A stretch of 64,000 bases of DNA, taken from an uncultured Acidobacteriota bacterium (GTDB taxonomy: Bacteria > Acidobacteriota > Thermoanaerobaculia > Gp7-AA8). The DNA is taken from contig CAWGHO010000001.1 in assembly GCA_963822445.1 (NCBI GenBank), positions 1,024,001-1,088,000 of the forward strand, in the 5' to 3' direction. Below are positions 28,524 through 40,201 of the stretch, piece after piece; within the stretch, counting starts at the first letter, position 1; each line of letters begins with the position of its first letter. The position numbers and the translations under genes were made by a program. The notes beneath the pieces were generated by a model that saw only the letters and a program-made list of their open reading frames with translations, ran no database searches and was not told where the DNA came from.

Positions 28524-29624
28524 CTACTGTAATTTGAAATTGATGGTGAGGTTGAACAGGACCGGAATCGGCTTCCCGTCGCGCATCGCCGGCTTGAACT
28601 TCCACTTCTTTACCGCGTCGATGGCGGCAACGTCGATCGCCGGCCCGAGACTCTTGAGCACCGCGAAGTTCTCGGGCGCACCCGTTTCGGAAATGGCCAG
28701 CTCCAGGATCACGATTCCGCTGATCCGCGCCCGGCGGTAACCCTCGGGATACTCCGGCTCCACGCGTTCTGTGACTACGGGCGCGGTGATCGATTTGTCG
28801 AGGCGCGTCCATTTGATGTTCGGCAGATCCCGCAGGACACGATCGGGCGGCTGCCGGATCGGCTCGGCGGTCATGTTCGATCTCTCGATCAGATCCATGA
28901 AATCGATCTGCCGCGTGAACCTGCCGTTCTCGAACACGATGTCCTCGGCAGGATCACGCGATGGCGGAGTGGACCATGTTCCCGGATCGAACCTGCGATC
29001 AGCACCGGCGCTGATGATTCGATAGTCGTTCCTGTCGATCACGACCCGCAGCGGTGTTTTCCATGCATCGATGGCGTCAGGCGGCGCGAAGAAACCTGCG
29101 AGCGTGCCGTTGTCGGCGCGGTGCTTCTCGATGACCTTCGCGAAATTCGCCATGATCGCGCCGGTCATCTGCGGTCCGATCGCGGCCCGCATCCCCTCGC
29201 TGCGCATCGCCAGCAACATCATCTCGGCTTCGCGCATCGCCTTGACCGCCGGTGCATCCGCAGAAACGCGGTCGCAAAGCCAGTTGTGATTTGTGCGGAT
29301 GAACTTGCCGTCGTCGTAAACCACGTCGCCTTCGGTTCCCGTGAATTGCTCCGGCGTCTTCCAGCTCGCTTCGTCGAACTGCCGGTCGCTGCCCGCGGAG
29401 ACGATGCGAAGCCCGTCGATCCGATAGGCCGTGCCCCACGGGTCGGGGATCGGTACCTCGGCCGGCATCGTCGTGCCCAGCGCGCGGTGGATCTCCAGCA
29501 CGTGGGCGATGCCGAAGATTTTCTGGAGATTCTCGAGGCCGCTCGCGATGTCCGAATGTTCAGCGGCGCCCACCGGCGCGATGAAAATCAGAAGTGCCGC
29601 GAGCGCGGTTCTCACGTCCGCCAC
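28524..29624 (-). CDS. Secreted protein with two GspG-like motifs and a TonB C-terminal domain
   Basis: DPWGTAY..SAGSD and DAWKTPL..SAGAD repeats; C-terminal VEPEYPE..WKFKPA..INF. Confidence 0.75.
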   Translation of the reverse strand: MADVRTALAALLIFIAPVGAAEHSDIASGLENLQKIFGIAHVLEIHRALGTTMPAEVPIPDPWGTAYRIDGLRIVSAGSDRQFDEASWKTPEQFTGTEGDVVYDDGKFIRTNHNWLCDRVSADAPAVKAMREAEMMLLAMRSEGMRAAIGPQMTGAIMANFAKVIEKHRADNGTLAGFFAPPDAIDAWKTPLRVVIDRNDYRIISAGADRRFDPGTWSTPPSRDPAEDIVFENGRFTRQIDFMDLIERSNMTAEPIRQPPDRVLRDLPNIKWTRLDKSITAPVVTERVEPEYPEGYRRARISGIVILELAISETGAPENFAVLKSLGPAIDVAAIDAVKKWKFKPAMRDGKPIPVLFNLTINFKLQ

Positions 29625-31735
29625 TCCCGGATTCGCGCGACCACCTTTGCCGGCGTGAACCCGAGCTCCTCCGCGATCCGCTCGTACGGCGCGCTCGCGC
29701 CGAAGCGGTCGATACCGATCACCAGCGCGTCACGATTCACATACTTGTACCAGCCGTCGGAGCGGCCCGCCTCGATGCAAACGACGCGGCTGCGATCGCC
29801 GAGCACTTCGTCCTGATACGACGCCGGTTGCCTGTCGAACAGATCGAGACACGGCGCCGAGATTACTCGCGCATTCGTCCCTTCGCTCTTCAATTGCTCG
29901 GCGACCTTCACCGCCAGCGACACTTCCGAACCGGTGGCGATGATGGAGATGTCACCCTCCGCGTAAGCATCGAGCACATACGCGCCGCGCTCGATCTTCT
30001 TCGGATCGAACTCGAGCGGATGCGGAAGCGCGTCGACTTTCTGCCGGGTCAGCACGATCAGCGTCGGGCCATCGCTCTGCTTCAGCGCATGCGCCCAGGC
30101 CATCGCCACTTCGGGACCATCGGCAGGACGGAAGACGGTCAGGTTGGGGATCAACCGCAGCGCCCACAGATGCTCGACCGGCTGGTGCGTCGGCCCGTCT
30201 TCGCCGAGGAACACCGAGTCGTGGGTGAAGACGAAGATCGAGGGGATGCCCATCAGCGCCGCGAGACGGACCGACGGGCGCATGTAGTCGGAGAAGATGA
30301 GGAACGTCGCACCGTACGCGCGCCAGGCTCCGTAGAGCGTGATGCCGTTCACGATCGCGCCCATGGCGTGCTCGCGAATGCCGAAGTGCAGGTTGCGGCC
30401 TTTGAACACGTCGTCCGCGGGCAACGCTTTCTCGTGGCCCTTCGCCCGCTCGATGCTCCCCGCCTCTTTCATCAGCGTGTTCGTCGACGGTGCGAGATCC
30501 GCGGAACCGCCGATGACGAACGGCGCGATGTTGGCGATGTTCTGAATGACCTGGCCGGACAGCGCGCGCGTGGCCACGGCCTTGTCCGACTTCGCGGCCG
30601 CGAGCAGCGCCACTTCGTATCCATCCGGAAGAGAAGCGGTCCAGTAGCGATCCCACTCCTCGGCGACCTGCGGATGCCGCGCGCGCCACGCCGACATCTC
30701 CTTCTCCCACTTCTTGCGCTCGCGCGCGAGCTTCTTCGTCCGCTTGGTGAACTCCTCGCGGACGTCGTCCGCGACGAAGAACGTCGGCTCTTCCGGCCAG
30801 CCCAGCGCGGCCTTGGTCGCCTTCACTTCATCGCCGCCCAGAGGCTCGCCGTGCGCGCGCGCGGTGCCGTGATACTTCGGGCTGCCCCAGCCGATGATCG
30901 TCCTGGCGATGATCAGCGAAGGACGCGTGCCGTCCTTCTGCGCTTTCTTGATGGCCTTGCGAATGGCGGCGCGATCGTGACCGTCGATGGTCTGCACCTG
31001 CCAGCCCACGGCCTCGAACCGCTTCTTCACATCCTCGGAAAACGCGAGGCGCGTCTCCCCTTCGATGGAGATGTTGTTGTCGTCGTAGAGGTAAATGAGA
31101 TTGCCGAGGCCGAGGTGGCCGGCGATGGATGCGGCTTCGGAGCTGATGCCTTCCATCAGATCGCCGTCCGAGCAGATCGAGTAGACGAAGTGATCGACGG
31201 GCTTGAACGCGACCTCGTTGTTGAAGCGGGCCGCGAGCATCTTCGCGGCCAGGGCCATGCCCACGCCGTTCGCGAAGCCCTGGCCCAGTGGACCGGTCGT
31301 GACTTCGACGCCGGGCGCGTGTCCGAATTCGGGATGACCGGCGGTGCGCGATCCCCATTGCCGGAAATTCTTCAGCTCCTCCATGGTCATGTCCGGATAG
31401 CCGGTCAGATGGAGGAGCGAGTAGATGAGCATCGACGCGTGGCCGGCGGAGAGGATGAAGCGGTCGCGGTTTTTCCAATGCGGGTCGAGCGGATCGTGGC
31501 GGAGGAAGTCCGTCCAGAGCACGAAGGCCATGTCGGCCATGCCCATCGGCGTTCCGGGATGGCCGGACTTTGCTTTCTCGACGGCGTCGACGGCCAGGAA
31601 GCGGATCGTGTTGACGCAATCCTCTTCGAGCTTGTCTTTCCTGCCGACGGCGGGCTGGTTGCTTTGTTCGGCGATCGCGATCGCCGCCGCGCCTTCGGCG
31701 GCGGCAGAGCCGGGCGCCGGCGTTTTTTCTTCCAT
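29612..31735 (-). CDS. tkt: Transketolase
   Basis: [27 protein letters not shown] and GEDGPTHQP motifs; GGAGG RBS before ATG 31735. Confidence 0.96.
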   Translation of the reverse strand: MEEKTPAPGSAAAEGAAAIAIAEQSNQPAVGRKDKLEEDCVNTIRFLAVDAVEKAKSGHPGTPMGMADMAFVLWTDFLRHDPLDPHWKNRDRFILSAGHASMLIYSLLHLTGYPDMTMEELKNFRQWGSRTAGHPEFGHAPGVEVTTGPLGQGFANGVGMALAAKMLAARFNNEVAFKPVDHFVYSICSDGDLMEGISSEAASIAGHLGLGNLIYLYDDNNISIEGETRLAFSEDVKKRFEAVGWQVQTIDGHDRAAIRKAIKKAQKDGTRPSLIIARTIIGWGSPKYHGTARAHGEPLGGDEVKATKAALGWPEEPTFFVADDVREEFTKRTKKLARERKKWEKEMSAWRARHPQVAEEWDRYWTASLPDGYEVALLAAAKSDKAVATRALSGQVIQNIANIAPFVIGGSADLAPSTNTLMKEAGSIERAKGHEKALPADDVFKGRNLHFGIREHAMGAIVNGITLYGAWRAYGATFLIFSDYMRPSVRLAALMGIPSIFVFTHDSVFLGEDGPTHQPVEHLWALRLIPNLTVFRPADGPEVAMAWAHALKQSDGPTLIVLTRQKVDALPHPLEFDPKKIERGAYVLDAYAEGDISIIATGSEVSLAVKVAEQLKSEGTNARVISAPCLDLFDRQPASYQDEVLGDRSRVVCIEAGRSDGWYKYVNRDALVIGIDRFGASAPYERIAEELGFTPAKVVARIREWRT

Positions 31736-31833
31736 TGAAAACCTCCTGCGTGGCGCTCGCGGCGCGTGGGGCGGGCGGATTATACTCGGCGCACGGTCAG
31801 CGACTTCCCGGCACAATCGAATCGGAGCGAGTG

Positions 31834-32400
31834 ATGGTGGACGATAGCGTCACGGTCAAAGGATCTCCCGTTCGCAGCTTGCAGAAGTTCATCGATGCGG
31901 AGCTCAACCCCGAGCAACGCGAGGTTGTTTTCCGGGCTCTGCCGGCCGAGTACGCGTCGCGTTTCGGCGCGCCGGTGCTGGCGACCGAGACCGTGCCGGT
32001 GCACATGCTCAACCGCATCACCGAAGAGGCGGCCAAGGCGAAAGGCGAGACGATCGAGGCATTTGCGCGCCGCGCCGGACGCGAGGCTGCCGGCGACGCG
32101 GTGAAGGGCATCTACCGCTTCTTCGCGCTGGTCATGACGCCGCCGGCTCTGCTCAGCAAGGCCGGGCAGATGTGGAGCTCGCTCTACAACCGCGGCGAGC
32201 TGCGCGTGGAAGAGCAGACCGACAAGAGCGCGCGCATCAGGCTCAACAACTTTCCGTCCGAGGTCGCCGGATGCTCGCGCGTGACGGGCTGGATCGAGCG
32301 GATGGCCGAGCTCACCGGCGTGAAGAACGTGAAAATCGAACAGACGAAATGCTTCGCCAAAGGCGGTGCTGCGTGCGAGTGGAACGTTACCTGGAGCTGA
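31834..32400 (+). CDS. DUF2378/V4R-like hypothetical protein
   Basis: VKG near the N-terminus; C-terminal C..GW..C....C.W pattern typical of V4R-like folds. Confidence 0.65.
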   Translation: MVDDSVTVKGSPVRSLQKFIDAELNPEQREVVFRALPAEYASRFGAPVLATETVPVHMLNRITEEAAKAKGETIEAFARRAGREAAGDAVKGIYRFFALVMTPPALLSKAGQMWSSLYNRGELRVEEQTDKSARIRLNNFPSEVAGCSRVTGWIERMAELTGVKNVKIEQTKCFAKGGAACEWNVTWS

Positions 32401-32419
32401 CTTGAACAAAATCTTTCCG

Positions 32420-32836
32420 ATGGAGTCCGACCATCCCCTGTTCCGCTACTTCACCGAAGCGGAGCGCGATCGCATCGAGGCGATCGGCCAGGTTCGCCGC
32501 ATTCCGACCGATGCATATCTCATCCGCGCCGGCGAGCTCGATTCGTCGCTTTTCACGATCGAGGACGGCCATCTGGACATCGTCATCGTCCGCGACGGCG
32601 AGCAGTCCGTCGTCGCCACCGTCGGCCCCGGCGACGTCCTCGGCGAAGTCTCCTTCATCGACGACTCCCCGCGCAGCGTGTCGGTGAAGGCCGGCGAGGA
32701 AACGACGGTGCGCTCGTGGGACAAGCGGACGCTGTCCGAGGCGCTCGCGTTCGAGCCGCAACTGCTGGCGAAGTTCGCCGTGGCGATGAGCGAACTGCTG
32801 GTGGAGCGCTTGCGCGACACAGCGCGGCGCGTTTAG
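32420..32836 (+). CDS. Stand-alone cyclic nucleotide-binding domain protein
   Basis: GPGDVLGEVSFID..PRSVSV phosphate-binding cassette. Confidence 0.85.
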   Translation: MESDHPLFRYFTEAERDRIEAIGQVRRIPTDAYLIRAGELDSSLFTIEDGHLDIVIVRDGEQSVVATVGPGDVLGEVSFIDDSPRSVSVKAGEETTVRSWDKRTLSEALAFEPQLLAKFAVAMSELLVERLRDTARRV

Positions 32837-33411
32837 GCGCTCTGCGGCGGAACGGCCGCGTCGATGCAGCGCTCGTCGCCGGTTACGACGATCTCGGCGT
32901 TGAAGTGTCCCTGATCGACGTAGATCTGCGCTTCGAGCGTGGCCATGTTCGCGAAGGTGAGTTTCAACTCGTCTCCGCGTCCGTATTCGGTCCTGGTGAC
33001 GCGCGCGATCTCGTCATCAGCATCCACATCGATGCCGGACGCGAACGCGATGCGCTCGACGATGTCGTGAAGCATCTTCGCCGCCGTCTCCCGATCATCC
33101 TGCGGAACCGTCACATCAAGGCGGCAGGAACCGGGCTCGCGATAGATGACCGTGCAACTCGGCGGCATCTTCATCCGCACCAGCCCCGCTTTTCCGAGCA
33201 GACGAAGAAGCAGGTAGTACGGCAGGAAGACGATCGCCGTGATCAGGAAGAGGATGAAGATCAGCGGCAGGGTGACGACGCGCGTGAGCTTTCCACCCTT
33301 CACCAGCGCGCCGACCAGCGCCGCCATCGGCACCATCGTCGGCACGGCCAGCATTCCGCCGATGCAGCCGAGGCCACGCTCGGCGGGAAGGAGGCGGCGG
33401 TCATCGCTCAT
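32833..33411 (-). CDS. Hypothetical membrane protein
   Basis: One or two TM segments; starts MSDDR inside the direct repeat. Confidence 0.6.
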   Translation of the reverse strand: MSDDRRLLPAERGLGCIGGMLAVPTMVPMAALVGALVKGGKLTRVVTLPLIFILFLITAIVFLPYYLLLRLLGKAGLVRMKMPPSCTVIYREPGSCRLDVTVPQDDRETAAKMLHDIVERIAFASGIDVDADDEIARVTRTEYGRGDELKLTFANMATLEAQIYVDQGHFNAEIVVTGDERCIDAAVPPQSA

Positions 33412-33429
33412 GAAGAGCGATTTTCACAC
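33397..33429. repeat. 33-bp direct repeat, copy 1
   Basis: GCGGTCATCGCTCATGAAGAGCGATTTTCACAC, identical to 35396-35428. Confidence 0.95.
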
Positions 33430-33430
33430 C

Positions 33431-34309
33431 TCACAGGTTGCACGGCGATTCCAACGCCGGTACGGGTTGCATCACGGTGTCGCGGAACGTCACCGCCGCT
33501 TTGCGGAACCCGGAGACCATCGCCTGCACCTCGGAAGGCGCGAGTACAGCTTTGGCGGCGTGAAAAACCCAGTCGACCTCCTGGCGGTACCGGCGCGGTT
33601 CGCGGACCGGCGCCAGGCCGTGCCGCGTGAACCAGAGATTGAAGTTGATGGACATCAACGACTCCGGATAGAACTCCCCCGAATGCGTGGCGAACGGAGT
33701 CCCGTCCACGAAATAACGCACTTCCCCATTTGCCACCTGAACGACGAGCGTCCGCCAGCCGGCGTAACTGGCGATCTTCGACTCATGGACGTTGTTCGCC
33801 TTCCAGTCCGGTTCGGGCTGAAACGTTTCCCAGGTGGTCGCGAACAGGATCGGTCCGTCTCTGCCCCATCCGCCGTTCGGGAGGTACTCGAAATCCATCT
33901 CGCTGTATTCGAGCGCCATCGGCTCGCGCAATGGGCTGATCGTGTAGAACGTCTCGACGACTTGATCCGCATCGGGCCCGGAAAGAGCACCATCGGAAAA
34001 CCGTACGCGAGCCGCATACGTCCCGTCGCCATACTTGCGTTGATGACAGATCTGAACCTGCCGCGTGTTCGAGGGCGTTCCATCCGTCGAGGCAGTCAAT
34101 TGAAGGATTCCCTCGCGTAAGAACGACACGCCTGCCGGATCCCAAGTGGCACCGGGAACACCCGGCCAACCCGCTACGGAGCGAACGATCCACCCTCGTT
34201 TCGCGAGTTGCTCGCGCCGCGAATAGGTGAAGTCATCGAAGAAGATCTGACCGCCGGCCGCCGGCACGCTGAGGAGGACGGATAGCGCGACGGCCATTCG
34301 CATCACCAT
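33431..34309 (-). CDS. Secreted glycoside hydrolase family 16-like protein
   Basis: Signal peptide; FFDDF, GTYAARVRF, EMDFE (ExDxE) and YFVDG motifs. Confidence 0.78.
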   Translation of the reverse strand: MVMRMAVALSVLLSVPAAGGQIFFDDFTYSRREQLAKRGWIVRSVAGWPGVPGATWDPAGVSFLREGILQLTASTDGTPSNTRQVQICHQRKYGDGTYAARVRFSDGALSGPDADQVVETFYTISPLREPMALEYSEMDFEYLPNGGWGRDGPILFATTWETFQPEPDWKANNVHESKIASYAGWRTLVVQVANGEVRYFVDGTPFATHSGEFYPESLMSINFNLWFTRHGLAPVREPRRYRQEVDWVFHAAKAVLAPSEVQAMVSGFRKAAVTFRDTVMQPVPALESPCNL

Positions 34310-34363
34310 GTTCACAGCTGCCAGCGCATGCTGCTTCGGTGCCTTGGCTGAAGAGACCGATGT

Positions 34364-35410
34364 TTACCACCCATGTCCAAGACCGATCACGGCAAGGGCC
34401 GCTGACACGATCGCGATGGCCACCCACGCGATCGTACTTTGTGGCAAGAGACGCCGGTACGCCCACATGATCGGCGGCAGCGAAGGAACGAGCAGGCGGT
34501 GAAACTCGTGGAATCCCCACACGCCGCCCACGCACAACACGATCAATAGATTGGAGGCGTGCCACACGACGAGCGGCAGAGAGCGTTCCGTCTTGCGCAG
34601 GAGCAGAACCAGCGCGCCGAATGCGGCGGCCACGTGCAGCCAGACATAGGCGATTTTCCATGTCGCCACGCCCGCGCCGAAGGAAAGTCGAAGGAGTGAC
34701 GCGAACGGCCAATCGAACATACGCGCGCCTCCATACGCGCGCGGTTCGGTGGCATACACGCGCACGCCAGAGGCAATCGAGCCTGACCAGAGCGCAAACG
34801 CCGCGACACACACCGCGATTACGAGCGTCGCCACCACGGAAGCCATCACGATGCGGCGCGGGCGCTGTCGATGCTCGGCCAGGTACGCAAGTCCAATCGG
34901 CAATGCGAACGGGCGAACCATGGCGGCGAACCCCAGGAATGCCCCCGCTGGGAGGGGCCTGTCTCGGCGGCCGGCATGCAGTGCACCAAGCGCAAGGAGA
35001 AGCATCAGCGGCTCCGTCATGATGACGGTCGAGTACATGACGTAGCTCGGCGTCAGAACGGCCATCGCCCATCCGACCCTCGCGTCCTCGAACAGGCGAT
35101 AGCTCAGAACGGCCACGCCCGCCGCGATGGCCCAGTTGACGATCATCGCCACCAGGGGAATCGCGTAGAGGCCGGTGGCGCTGAGGACGGCGGGATATCC
35201 AGGGAAAACCCTGCGGTCATATGACGCCAGCGACGCGAATCCATCAGCATCTCGCAGCGCCGCGGCGAACCGCAGATAAGAACCGCCGTCCCGCGCTTCA
35301 GCCAGTCTGTCGATCGACAGATCGCCCCACGCCATCGCTCCGAGGAGCACAGCGGCCCGGATGATTACGGATGCGGCGGCGACTTGCTTCGTGCTGCGGT
35401 CATCGCTCAT
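34364..35410 (-). CDS. Polytopic membrane protein, GT-C glycosyltransferase-like
   Basis: DGGSY, VFPGYP and MTEPL motifs; many TM helices. Confidence 0.6.
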   Translation of the reverse strand: MSDDRSTKQVAAASVIIRAAVLLGAMAWGDLSIDRLAEARDGGSYLRFAAALRDADGFASLASYDRRVFPGYPAVLSATGLYAIPLVAMIVNWAIAAGVAVLSYRLFEDARVGWAMAVLTPSYVMYSTVIMTEPLMLLLALGALHAGRRDRPLPAGAFLGFAAMVRPFALPIGLAYLAEHRQRPRRIVMASVVATLVIAVCVAAFALWSGSIASGVRVYATEPRAYGGARMFDWPFASLLRLSFGAGVATWKIAYVWLHVAAAFGALVLLLRKTERSLPLVVWHASNLLIVLCVGGVWGFHEFHRLLVPSLPPIMWAYRRLLPQSTIAWVAIAIVSAALAVIGLGHGW

Positions 35411-35428
35411 GAAGAGCGATTTTCACAC
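35396..35428. repeat. 33-bp direct repeat, copy 2
   Basis: Identical to 33397-33429; spans the permease stop and the next ATG. Confidence 0.95.
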
Positions 35429-36649
35429 GCGCAGCGCGTCCACCGGCTGCAACCGCGACGCGGTCAGCGACGGATACAACCCCGCGAACAAGCCCACCGC
35501 GATGGCGAAACCGCTCGCGACGGCCAGACCGAACATCGATACCGGCAAACCCGCCGGGAAGAATCCGCCGACGACTTTCACCAGGCCGATGCCGCCGGCC
35601 AGGCCGATCGCTGCGCCGACTACGGACAGCGTCACCGACTCGATCAGGAACTGAATGAAGATGTCCCCATCGGTCGCGCCCATCGCTTTGCGCAGGCCGA
35701 TCTCGAAGAGGCGCTCGGAGATCGAAATCTTCAGCACCGAGAAGATGCCCACGCCGCCGATCAGCAGCGAGACCCCGGCGATGCAGAAGAAGACGATCCG
35801 CCAGTTACCGAGGAGCACCGCGATCTCGCCGCGCTCCTTCTGAATCTCCTTGCCGACGTTGTTGATGCGCGTGTCGCCGATGCCGTTGTGGGCCTGCCGG
35901 AAGCGGGCGATGGCCTCGTACTCGGCCTCCACACTCTTCTCCGTCGAGACCGACTTGGCCAGCATGTAGGCGATGGAGTTGTCACGGCCGAACATGTCCC
36001 GGAACACGGTCCAGGGCACGTACGCGCCGCCCATCTCCTTGAACATGTCGTCGTCGTCGACGAAGGTCGTGTCGAACTTCTCTCCGACGCCGATGACCGT
36101 GAGACGGCGGCCGCCGAGGTTGATCTGTTTGCCGATCGCGTCCTCGCTGCCGAACGCGCGCTTGTTGAGATTGAAGCCGATGACGGCGACCGGTGCGCTC
36201 GTCTCGACGTCGCGCTCGCTGATGAAACGGCCCTTGGAGACCTTGCGATTGCGGATGTCCGCGTATTCGGGCATCACTCCGTAGACGTCGATCCGGCGCG
36301 TCACGCGATCGGTAGTGACGATGGCCTGGGTCTCGCCGACCGGCGACATGGTCTCGATGTTCTCGGAGTCGTCGAAAGCCTGCGCGTCCTCGATGCGCAT
36401 GCCCCGCGAGAGATGCGCCTTCGCCTTTTCCACGCGATCGGTGGGCGTTCTCCGCGATGCGAAGAGGGTGTTGTCCAGGCCGAGGTCGTTGATGCCTTTG
36501 AGCACGGACATCTGCACGCCGTCGAGAACGGACATGACCACGACCAGCGCGAGCGTGCCCAGGACCACCCCGAAAAGGGTGAACATCGAGCGCATGGGAT
36601 GGGCGCGGACTTCTTCGTAGGACGTGCGGATGGATTCGCCGATTTGCAT
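35423..36649 (-). CDS. MacB/FtsX-family ABC permease
   Basis: RSMFTLFGVVLG, ERLFEIGLRKAMGA and PVDALR motifs. Confidence 0.9.
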   Translation of the reverse strand: MQIGESIRTSYEEVRAHPMRSMFTLFGVVLGTLALVVVMSVLDGVQMSVLKGINDLGLDNTLFASRRTPTDRVEKAKAHLSRGMRIEDAQAFDDSENIETMSPVGETQAIVTTDRVTRRIDVYGVMPEYADIRNRKVSKGRFISERDVETSAPVAVIGFNLNKRAFGSEDAIGKQINLGGRRLTVIGVGEKFDTTFVDDDDMFKEMGGAYVPWTVFRDMFGRDNSIAYMLAKSVSTEKSVEAEYEAIARFRQAHNGIGDTRINNVGKEIQKERGEIAVLLGNWRIVFFCIAGVSLLIGGVGIFSVLKISISERLFEIGLRKAMGATDGDIFIQFLIESVTLSVVGAAIGLAGGIGLVKVVGGFFPAGLPVSMFGLAVASGFAIAVGLFAGLYPSLTASRLQPVDALRV

Positions 36650-36651
36650 GG

Positions 36652-37881
36652 CTACTCGACTCTCAGTGCTTCGATGGGATTGAGGCGCGATGCGCGGATG
36701 GCCGGGTAGATGCCGAAGATCAGTCCCGTTCCGGCTGCGAAAACCAGGGCGTTGATGACGGTCCCCGGTGTGATTACAGTCGGCATGTCCAGCAGAACTC
36801 CGATGCCCTGCGTGAACAGCTTCCCGGCGAAGATCCCCAGAAACCCGCCAAAAACCGACACCAGAACAGCCTCGGTCAGCATCTGGAAGAAGATCTGCGC
36901 CGGCGTCGCACCGACGGCTTTGCGCGTGCCGATCTCGCGAACGCGTTCATTGAAGGAAGCGAGCTGGATGTTCATGATCACGATGCCGCCGACGAGCAGC
37001 GAGATCACGCCGCAGATCATGAAGGTCATGTCGTACATCGCGTTCTCGGACTCGTTGCGGGCCAGGTTGGCGACGCGCGAGAAGACCTGGAAGTCCTTCA
37101 CGCCATGCCGGCGGAAGAGGATGCGCTCCAGCTCGCCGACCGCTTCCTTGTGACGCTTCACGTCCTTCATGCGGGTGTGCATGAAGCTGATGCGTCCCTG
37201 CTCGAGCGGCTCGCCCTTGCGGGTCATCATGGTGGTGATGGGCATGTACATCTGCCGGTTCATCCAGCGCAGGACGTTCCGCTTCTTGTCGAAGCTGAAG
37301 TACTTCTCTTCCATCACGCCGACCACGAGGTAGCCCGAGCCGTTGATGGTCATGGTCTTGCCGACGGGGTTGTCGCTGCCGAAGAACTCCGCCGCGCGGC
37401 TGGTGCCGAGGACGACCACACGGGCCGCGGTCTGCAGGTCGGTGTCTGTGATGAAGCGGCCGCGCTCGACTTTGAAGAAGGTGATCGGCATGTACGCGGG
37501 GGTGACGCCCATGACGTCGCGGTCTTTGACGATCGAGCCGTAGCGGACGTTCATCTGATCCTGTGAAACGGGCGAGACCAGATCGACTTCCTTCGCTTCG
37601 GCGCGGATGGCCAGGGCGTCGGAGTACGTGAGGCCCTTCGACGCGAGGGCCTTGGCGTCGAGGGTCACGTTGCCGGTGTCTTTGTTGCCGATCCAGATGC
37701 GCTCGATGCCGCCGCTGACCTTGTAGAACTTCATCGACGCTTCCTTGCCGGCGACGGAAAGGGAGAACGTCGCGACGATGGATCCCGCGCCGAGGATGAT
37801 GCCGAACAGCTGCAGCAGCGTGCGGCCGAGGTGGTCCTTGATGTCGCGGATGCCGTCGATGATGGCTTCGAAGATCAGCAT
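36652..37881 (-). CDS. MacB/FtsX-family ABC permease
   Basis: GGIVIMNI, ERVREIGTRKAVGA and NPIEALR motifs; start at MLIFEA. Confidence 0.9.
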   Translation of the reverse strand: MLIFEAIIDGIRDIKDHLGRTLLQLFGIILGAGSIVATFSLSVAGKEASMKFYKVSGGIERIWIGNKDTGNVTLDAKALASKGLTYSDALAIRAEAKEVDLVSPVSQDQMNVRYGSIVKDRDVMGVTPAYMPITFFKVERGRFITDTDLQTAARVVVLGTSRAAEFFGSDNPVGKTMTINGSGYLVVGVMEEKYFSFDKKRNVLRWMNRQMYMPITTMMTRKGEPLEQGRISFMHTRMKDVKRHKEAVGELERILFRRHGVKDFQVFSRVANLARNESENAMYDMTFMICGVISLLVGGIVIMNIQLASFNERVREIGTRKAVGATPAQIFFQMLTEAVLVSVFGGFLGIFAGKLFTQGIGVLLDMPTVITPGTVINALVFAAGTGLIFGIYPAIRASRLNPIEALRVE

Positions 37882-37886
37882 GTGAG

Positions 37887-38010
37887 GGCTCGCTTCGCTC
37901 GCGGGTTCCTGGGTTGCTGGGTTGCTGGGTTGCTGGGGGCTCCGCTGGCTGCGCGATCGTGCGTCTCGGCGGAGCACTCAGCAACCCAGCAACCGAGCAA
38001 CTCAGCAACC
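37887..38010. repeat. Inverted pair of 8-mer tandem repeats (GGGTTGCT/AGCAACCC)
   Basis: Intergenic; begins with GGCTCGCTTCGCTCGCGG, which is also at 38774. Confidence 0.8.
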
Positions 38011-38013
38011 GTT

Positions 38014-38769
<756 letters not shown>

Positions 38770-38773
38770 TTTT

Positions 38774-38872
38774 GGCTCGCTTCGCTCGCGGTTACGGGGT
38801 TACTGGGTTGCGGGGTTACGGGGTGGTTGAATCGGGGCTACCTCGTAACCCCGTAACCTCGTAACCCCGAAA
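38774..38872. repeat. Inverted pair of 8-mer tandem repeats (GGGGTTAC/GTAACCCC)
   Basis: Same unit as 11167-11259. Confidence 0.8.
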
Positions 38873-38880
38873 CTCCACTA

Positions 38881-40110
38881 TCAGTCGTCGTCGTCCTCGT
38901 CGTCCTTCGTCACGGTCGGGTCTTCCAGCGCGACGAGCTCGCCGGCTTTCAGGCCGGACAGCACTTCGACCTTGGCGTTGTCGGCGAGGCCGGTGGTGAT
39001 CACGCGTTTGTCGAAGAACTTCTTCCAGGCGTCTTTCTCGGCCTGGCGGGCCGCTTCGCCTTCGAGCTTCTTCTCTTCCTTCTTCTCTGTGACGGCCTTC
39101 GGGTCGACGACCTTCTTCACGTAGACCACTTCCTGGTCGTCGCGCTTGAAGACCGACTCGACCGGGACGGTGAGGACTTTCGCCTTTTTCTCGCCGACCA
39201 CTTCGATGTTCGCGGTCATGCCGGAGCGGAGCTCGCGGCCTTGGGCGTCGAGGCGGACTTCCACGTCGAAGACGCGGACCTTTTCATCCACGCGGACCGC
39301 CGGAGCGATGCGGTCGATCTTTCCCTGGAAGGAGACTTTTGGATAGGCGTCGAGGGTGACCTTGACCGGCATGCCGGTCTTGATCTTGCCGATGTCGACC
39401 TCGTTCACACCGGCCTTGACGATCATCCGGGAGACGTCGGCGACGCTGAAGAGGACCGTGCCGGCGTTGAAGGAGGAGACGCCGGAGGTGATCGACTCAC
39501 CGATCTCCACGTTCTTGGTCAGGACCACGCCGTCCATCGGGGCGACGACGTTGGAGCCGGTGAAGTTCGCCGCGGACTGGCCGATGGGGATGCCGCTCTT
39601 CTCGACGATTGAGTACTTCTCGCGGGCCTTCGCGTACTCCTGCTTGGCCTCGAGGAATTCGGTCTCGGCGTTGCGGTGGGAGGTCTGCGCGAGCAGCCCT
39701 TGGGTGAAGAGCTTGTGGTTCTCTTCGTAATTCTTCCGCGCGTCTTCGTAGCGGATCTGCGCGGAGGCGAGGTAGTTCTTGGTGTCGGCCAGCGACTGGG
39801 CCTGGGTCAGGTCGGGCTCGACGCGCGCCAGGACCGTGCCCCGGCGGACGACGTCGCCGTCGCGGTGGAGGATCTCCACGACTTTGCCGGAGATGGCCGA
39901 TTTGACGTCGACCTTCACTTCCGGCTCGACGGTCCCCACCTCGGTGACCTTGACCTGGACGTCAGCCACCTCGGCCTTGCCGGTCTTGATCGGGGAGTCG
40001 GGGGCCTTCTTGTCCTTGCCGTTCGCCTTCACCGCCAGCGCGCCGGCGATGATCAGGACCAGGACAATGACCGAGACGATGGTGATTTTCTTCCGCTTCT
40101 TCGCGCTCAT
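38881..40110 (-). CDS. MacA-like periplasmic adaptor (membrane fusion protein)
   Basis: N-terminal TM; VKSAISGKV, VVAPMDGVV and LRSGMTA motifs; GAGG RBS before MSAKK. Confidence 0.88.
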   Translation of the reverse strand: MSAKKRKKITIVSVIVLVLIIAGALAVKANGKDKKAPDSPIKTGKAEVADVQVKVTEVGTVEPEVKVDVKSAISGKVVEILHRDGDVVRRGTVLARVEPDLTQAQSLADTKNYLASAQIRYEDARKNYEENHKLFTQGLLAQTSHRNAETEFLEAKQEYAKAREKYSIVEKSGIPIGQSAANFTGSNVVAPMDGVVLTKNVEIGESITSGVSSFNAGTVLFSVADVSRMIVKAGVNEVDIGKIKTGMPVKVTLDAYPKVSFQGKIDRIAPAVRVDEKVRVFDVEVRLDAQGRELRSGMTANIEVVGEKKAKVLTVPVESVFKRDDQEVVYVKKVVDPKAVTEKKEEKKLEGEAARQAEKDAWKKFFDKRVITTGLADNAKVEVLSGLKAGELVALEDPTVTKDDEDDDD

Positions 40111-40201
40111 CCATTCCTCCAGAGCTGTATGAAGGCTGTATTCGTTCGACGAACGAAATAGTTGCAGGTAACTACGCGCGGCGAGGCCCGGAGTTAACAA
40201 A

